A DNA stretch of 64,000 nt, taken from positions 5,606-69,605 of the forward strand of contig CAYIBP010000003.1 of assembly GCA_964361705.1 (NCBI GenBank). Reading direction: 5' to 3'. Positions 59,676 through 64,000 of the stretch are shown piece by piece. The translations under genes were made by a program, and so were the position numbers. This DNA is from an uncultured Candidatus Saccharibacteria bacterium (GTDB taxonomy: Bacteria > Patescibacteriota > Minisyncoccia > Phycocordibacterales > UBA9973). A model generated the notes under the pieces. The model had not been told where the DNA came from, did not search any database, and saw only the letters and a list, made by a program, of their open reading frames with translations. The first letter of the stretch is position 1, and every line of letters begins with the position of its first letter.

Positions 59676-61427
59676 TTAGCCTTCGGCAGTGAAATTAAAG
59701 ACTTCTTTGTATGGAATGATACCATTTATAGCTTTGAGCATCGCGTCTTCTTTCATAGAAAGCATACCGTCTTTTCTGGCGACTTTATATATTTCGTCGT
59801 TTACTGGATTTTTAAGAATGACAGACTGCATTTCTCTATTAATTTTGAACATTTCAAATATCGCTATACGACCACGAGTACCAGAAGGACAGTCTGGCGA
59901 TGGCACAGTATCGTACATTTCGTTTTTTATTTCTATAGTCTTTTTGAATTCCTCTGGTAAATCTTTCAAACTGCCCTCTATTTGAAGCTTGATGCTTTCA
60001 TCCATAGGTACTTTCTTTCTTGAAGATTCACAAGTAAGTTTTGAGAGTCTTTGAGCGACAGATAATATGAGTGTAGGCGCTATAAGATAAGGATCGACTC
60101 CCATATCCACAAGTCTTGGCACAGCTCCTATCGCATCATTTGTGTGCAAAGTAGAAAGCACAAGGTGTCCAGTAAGCGCAGCTTGAATGGCAAGTTGCGC
60201 AGTTTCTTTATCGCGAATCTCACCCACCATAATAACATCAGGATCTTGACGAAGAATAGATCGAAGACCTGAAGCAAAAGTGTATCCTATCTCGGGCATC
60301 ATCTGAGACTGGTTTATATCCGGCATGTGATATTCCACAGGATCTTCCAAAGAGACGATATTCGTACCTTCCTTGTCGAGTTCATTCATCATAGAGTAAA
60401 GTGTGGTGGATTTACCTGAACCCGTAGGACCTGTGATTAAAATAAGTCCATATGGCTTTTTCAAACTTTCGCGCAGAAGTTCCAGATTTCTTTCTGAAAG
60501 TCCAAGCTGATCAAGTGGCTTGACCCCTTTCTCTGAATCAAGAATACGCATCACGACTTTTTCGCCATAATACGCCGGCATAGTAGAAACGCGAAAATCA
60601 ATCTTTCTACTATTTAATGTAGTAGTGAAAGATCCGTCCTGTGGTTTTCTTTTTTCGTCCAAGCGAAGCTTTGCAAGTATTTTGATACGAGCTACGACTC
60701 CATTGTAAACACTAAGTGGTAAAACCGTAGTTGTGCCAAGCGTACCATCTATACGGACGCGAACTTTTACTTTTTCTCCCGTATTTTCTATGTGTATATC
60801 TGAAGCATTGCTTTCTATGGCGTTACGCAAAATCACCGCGACGATCTTGATCACAGGAGCGTCTTCAACTATTTTTGTATTTTCTTTTCCTTCTGCGTTT
60901 TTTAATTCAGCGTTCAAACTACTGAATTCATTGGCTGTTTTTATATCGTCTGATTTTCCTTCTTTGATTTCACTCAATGCATCTTCAACTTGCACAGAAA
61001 GACCTTTATAACTCTCCATCACCTCTTTGTAATCACTGTTTGATATCAAAAAAAGCTTAAAGGATATACCTGTCTTTGCCGCGATGAACTGTAACGCGTC
61101 GAGGGCTTCTGTGTTCTCTCCGTCTGTAATACCCACCTCCAGCACGCCGTCTTTGAAGTCTATCGGCACAAATCTATAATGCGATACGGCTTCTTCGGGT
61201 ATATATTTCAAAGCGTCAAAAAGCGTGGTCTCTTTTATGTCTACTTTTTTCGTCGGCATCTTGAGATAAGAGCCTTTCGCTTCTAAGATTTTATCTTCTG
61301 GAACGCCAAAAGACATCAACGCCAGATCTATGTCACCTGCGTATTTTTCTTTTGCTAAATCTTTTATCTCATCTATCTGGTCATGATTGATGACATCTTT
61401 TTTTGCTAATTCTTCTAAAAAACTCAT
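59676..61427 (-). CDS. pilB: PilB/GspE assembly ATPase
   Basis: 583 aa; N-terminal GSPII_E_N-like region; Walker A GPTGSGKSTT; Asp and His boxes. Confidence 0.85.
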   Translation of the reverse strand: MSFLEELAKKDVINHDQIDEIKDLAKEKYAGDIDLALMSFGVPEDKILEAKGSYLKMPTKKVDIKETTLFDALKYIPEEAVSHYRFVPIDFKDGVLEVGITDGENTEALDALQFIAAKTGISFKLFLISNSDYKEVMESYKGLSVQVEDALSEIKEGKSDDIKTANEFSSLNAELKNAEGKENTKIVEDAPVIKIVAVILRNAIESNASDIHIENTGEKVKVRVRIDGTLGTTTVLPLSVYNGVVARIKILAKLRLDEKRKPQDGSFTTTLNSRKIDFRVSTMPAYYGEKVVMRILDSEKGVKPLDQLGLSERNLELLRESLKKPYGLILITGPTGSGKSTTLYSMMNELDKEGTNIVSLEDPVEYHMPDINQSQMMPEIGYTFASGLRSILRQDPDVIMVGEIRDKETAQLAIQAALTGHLVLSTLHTNDAIGAVPRLVDMGVDPYLIAPTLILSVAQRLSKLTCESSRKKVPMDESIKLQIEGSLKDLPEEFKKTIEIKNEMYDTVPSPDCPSGTRGRIAIFEMFKINREMQSVILKNPVNDEIYKVARKDGMLSMKEDAMLKAINGIIPYKEVFNFTAEG

Positions 61428-61433
61428 AGGTAA

Positions 61434-61829
61434 TTATGGTCTAGCCCCAGTCCTTCCGCCACTTGTCGATCCGGGAGTGGTATTCGTGGTAGAAATAGGA
61501 GCAAAAGGATTTGGTCTTCCTTCATCACCGGTAGGAACCAAAAGAATACTTGAATCATTCAAACCGGCAAAAACTTTGTCTGAAAAAATAGAATCATCTA
61601 ATTTGATGTTTTTTACGCTAAGCAATACCGAAAGGAAATCCTGCGTTACTCTATTCATCTCACTAGTTGTGGGTGAAACTGGAGGGATGTTAGGATCATA
61701 AGAAAATTCCCCTGACGTAGATGACAAATTCGCCTCTTCCCCTTTACTCCCTATAAAAAAAATATAAGCTAAGACCACCAAAGCTCCTATCACGACAAAG
61801 AGTATTATGTTTTTGACAGTTGTGTTCAT
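61434..61829 (-). CDS. Small bitopic membrane protein (PilP-like position)
   Basis: 131 aa; single N-terminal TM; Ser/Thr/Pro-rich. Confidence 0.45.
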   Translation of the reverse strand: MNTTVKNIILFVVIGALVVLAYIFFIGSKGEEANLSSTSGEFSYDPNIPPVSPTTSEMNRVTQDFLSVLLSVKNIKLDDSIFSDKVFAGLNDSSILLVPTGDEGRPNPFAPISTTNTTPGSTSGGRTGARP

Positions 61830-61830
61830 T

Positions 61831-62421
61831 TTAGTTTTTTAGCCAATAAGTCTTAATTTTAAAATCATAAGTGTAAACTTCGGACAAAGAGGATCCTGCA
61901 CCCAAGTTTGTATTTGAAGAAAATTGTATTGAAGATATATCTACGATACGTAGGTTACTTTCTAGGTCTTTTATAAAATTTATAAAATTACTATACGAGC
62001 CAGAGGTTGAAAACTCAAGATTCCAAGTATCATAATCTTTAACCATGATTTCTTCCTCTGCTGGCACAGATTCTTCGCCCTCTGTCAGAACAACATTCTC
62101 TCCCGCATCGTATTTGACATCTTTGAGCGCCATGCCATATGGAGAAGCTATTTTTTCTATCTCAAGTATGAGGCGTATATTGTCTACATTATCAGGCAAA
62201 AGCTTCTGCAGTTTAGATAAATTGTCTGGATTAAAAGAATTATATTTTTGAGTGAGCTTGTCGCGTTCAGCTTCAAATGCTTTCGCGTTATCAAGCGCCT
62301 TATTGTAATCTGAAACCTGACTTCTCTTCAAAGAAACATCTTGGTAAAGAGGACTTGTAAATAGGAAAAAGGCTGTGAGCGCTATTCCTATTAATATACC
62401 TGGTAAAATAAATTTAAACAT
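61831..62421 (-). CDS. pilO: PilO-like pilus assembly protein
   Basis: 196 aa; N-terminal TM then coiled coil; PilN-PilO pairing position. Confidence 0.55.
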   Translation of the reverse strand: MFKFILPGILIGIALTAFFLFTSPLYQDVSLKRSQVSDYNKALDNAKAFEAERDKLTQKYNSFNPDNLSKLQKLLPDNVDNIRLILEIEKIASPYGMALKDVKYDAGENVVLTEGEESVPAEEEIMVKDYDTWNLEFSTSGSYSNFINFIKDLESNLRIVDISSIQFSSNTNLGAGSSLSEVYTYDFKIKTYWLKN

Positions 62422-62436
62422 AAATATCTGCTAGAA

Positions 62437-63135
62437 TCACAAGTTTAATAAATCCTCTTCGCTTAAAACATCTTCTTCTGCTTCCAAATCGTTTTCAAGA
62501 TTGATATCGGCAAAATCATCTTGGGCGCCAGTGTTAGCTTCGGTAACTTCTATTAATTTTTTGTAATTTACAAAATTTGCATCTACGCCGAATTCCAGTT
62601 CAAAAAGTACGTTACCCTTGTCATCCAGCGATAGGTTGGAAAAAATCGGGTCAATAAAATTTTTATTTTTAGCAAAAAGATCTGACTGGAGAGCAACAGA
62701 CCTGTAACCCACAGCCACACCATCAAGCTTGATCATCACCAAGCCGTTCTTGCTGTTGGTTAAATCATAAGTGAACTTGGTATAGCCAATAGTCTGCATT
62801 GTAACAGTCTGAAGCTCTTTGAAAATCGGAGAAATAGCTATGTGTTTGGCAAGAATTTCATCGGAAGCTCTAAGTCTCTTGTCTAGAACCTGTAGCTGGA
62901 CTATTTTTGATGGTTCAAAACGGTTCTTGGAAAGATTCAAATCGCTTTCCATCTGGATTATGTTCTTTGCTAAAACTCCGTTGTAAAAATACAGAGCTCC
63001 TGTCGCAAGAATAATAGTAAAGAAAATGAAGACAGAAAAAACTGTCAGGTAGCTTGCCCGACTTCCACTTACAACCCTAGCTTCAATCATCGGTTTTTTG
63101 GGAATGAAAGATGTTTGAAAATTTTGACCGTCCAT
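62437..63135 (-). CDS. pilN: PilN-like pilus assembly protein
   Basis: 232 aa; N-terminal cytoplasmic segment then TM; downstream of pilM. Confidence 0.55.
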   Translation of the reverse strand: MDGQNFQTSFIPKKPMIEARVVSGSRASYLTVFSVFIFFTIILATGALYFYNGVLAKNIIQMESDLNLSKNRFEPSKIVQLQVLDKRLRASDEILAKHIAISPIFKELQTVTMQTIGYTKFTYDLTNSKNGLVMIKLDGVAVGYRSVALQSDLFAKNKNFIDPIFSNLSLDDKGNVLFELEFGVDANFVNYKKLIEVTEANTGAQDDFADINLENDLEAEEDVLSEEDLLNL

Positions 63136-63167
63136 TTTGTTTATAACCCTGTATCTATTATCTCAAC

Positions 63168-63992
63168 TTATTGTAATTTACGCAAGGCAAGACCGATGGA
63201 AACAGCAAATTCTGGACCAATACTTTCCAATACTTTGTTTAAAAATTCAGGTGCGTTGGTTTTAGAGAACGGTTGACCGATCTCAAGCTCTGCTCGGAAG
63301 TTATTAATTGCTATTTCCTTAAAACCTTTCATAAGTGAACCTCCGCCAGTTAGAATAACCTTGGTGACGGTTCTGTCGTACTTTTTCTCATATCCCAAAA
63401 GAACACTATTTGCCTCTGAAAAGATATAATCTGTGTGAACTTTTATAATATCCGCGATGTTTTGTTTTAAGGGATTTTCAAAAAGACCATATTCTTTCTT
63501 CATTTCTTCAGCTTGAGGAAAAGGAATTCCTAAAGACTGCGCTATAGAATTAGATATCTCTGCGCCACCTCGATTTATAGTGTGATGACCTTTTACCATG
63601 CCGAATTCAACAAGCGTAAGTTTGGTACTTGAAGCGCCTAAATCCATAACGAGCACCAAAGAAAGCTCATGTTCAAAATTTGACCTTATATACGAAAAAA
63701 CTTCTATCTCAAAAAAACTCGCCTCGAGGCCACATTCGGATACTATGGATCTATATCTTGAAATAGCTTCATTTTGTATTGCAACAGCTAGAACTTCTTT
63801 TTTCTCTTGAGATGCGTCTGGTAAAACAGTCGCGTTTGCTTCTTCAAAGGACATTTCTCTTTTGGGAAGCATAAAATAATCTAGCGTGACTTCAGTGATA
63901 GGAAGAGGTATGTATTTACGCGCTTCTATTGACACTACAGAAGCTATGTCGCCTTCTTTTACTTGGGGAGGCAACGCAAGCGTAAATATCAA
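63168..63992 (-). CDS. pilM: PilM actin-like ATPase, C-terminal part (gene continues past the window end)
   Basis: ASKHA-fold motifs (VMDLGASSTKLTLVE, ILTGGGSLMKGF), C-terminus AVSIGLALRKLQ, and the N-terminus lies off the window. Confidence 0.75.
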   Translation of the reverse strand: MIFTLALPPQVKEGDIASVVSIEARKYIPLPITEVTLDYFMLPKREMSFEEANATVLPDASQEKKEVLAVAIQNEAISRYRSIVSECGLEASFFEIEVFSYIRSNFEHELSLVLVMDLGASSTKLTLVEFGMVKGHHTINRGGAEISNSIAQSLGIPFPQAEEMKKEYGLFENPLKQNIADIIKVHTDYIFSEANSVLLGYEKKYDRTVTKVILTGGGSLMKGFKEIAINNFRAELEIGQPFSKTNAPEFLNKVLESIGPEFAVSIGLALRKLQ

Positions 63993-64000
63993 ACTTGACT

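Overview
This is a 64 kb low-GC (about 30%) bacterial chromosomal segment with short, tightly packed genes, mostly on the minus strand. The gene content and domain architectures resemble a reduced, Patescibacteria/CPR-like genome, but that is an inference I cannot confirm without a search. Reading left to right, the window holds: the dnaG-rpoD operon (rpoD runs off the left edge), rpoB-rpoC, rpsP-KH-trmD, and an 8-gene surface-glycosylation locus. Then come RNase R coupled to a DacA/CapA fusion, and rpmF-nusB/Nudix-rnc-smc with an unusually short SMC. A T-box leader precedes thrS, followed by gyrB, two tRNAs (one atypical), pheST, trhO, a UvrD-type helicase-nuclease and truB. An aminotransferase plus archaeal-type PEP carboxylase operon follows, then ligA and a complete type IV pilus locus that runs off the right edge. 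The strongest anomalies are four. (i) A roughly 0.75 kb GC-rich (about 55-60% GC) gene with a perfect Shine-Dalgarno, bracketed by palindromes, between ppcA and ligA. (ii) A 690 bp ORF-free, hairpin-dense, GC-elevated tract next to an atypical tRNA. (iii) A 1085-aa secreted beta-helix-lipase protein inside the pilus locus. (iv) A recurring TATAAT-N7-9-ATG promoter layout that implies widespread leaderless mRNAs. All calls rest on reading the sequence and the ORF translations; no database searches were run.
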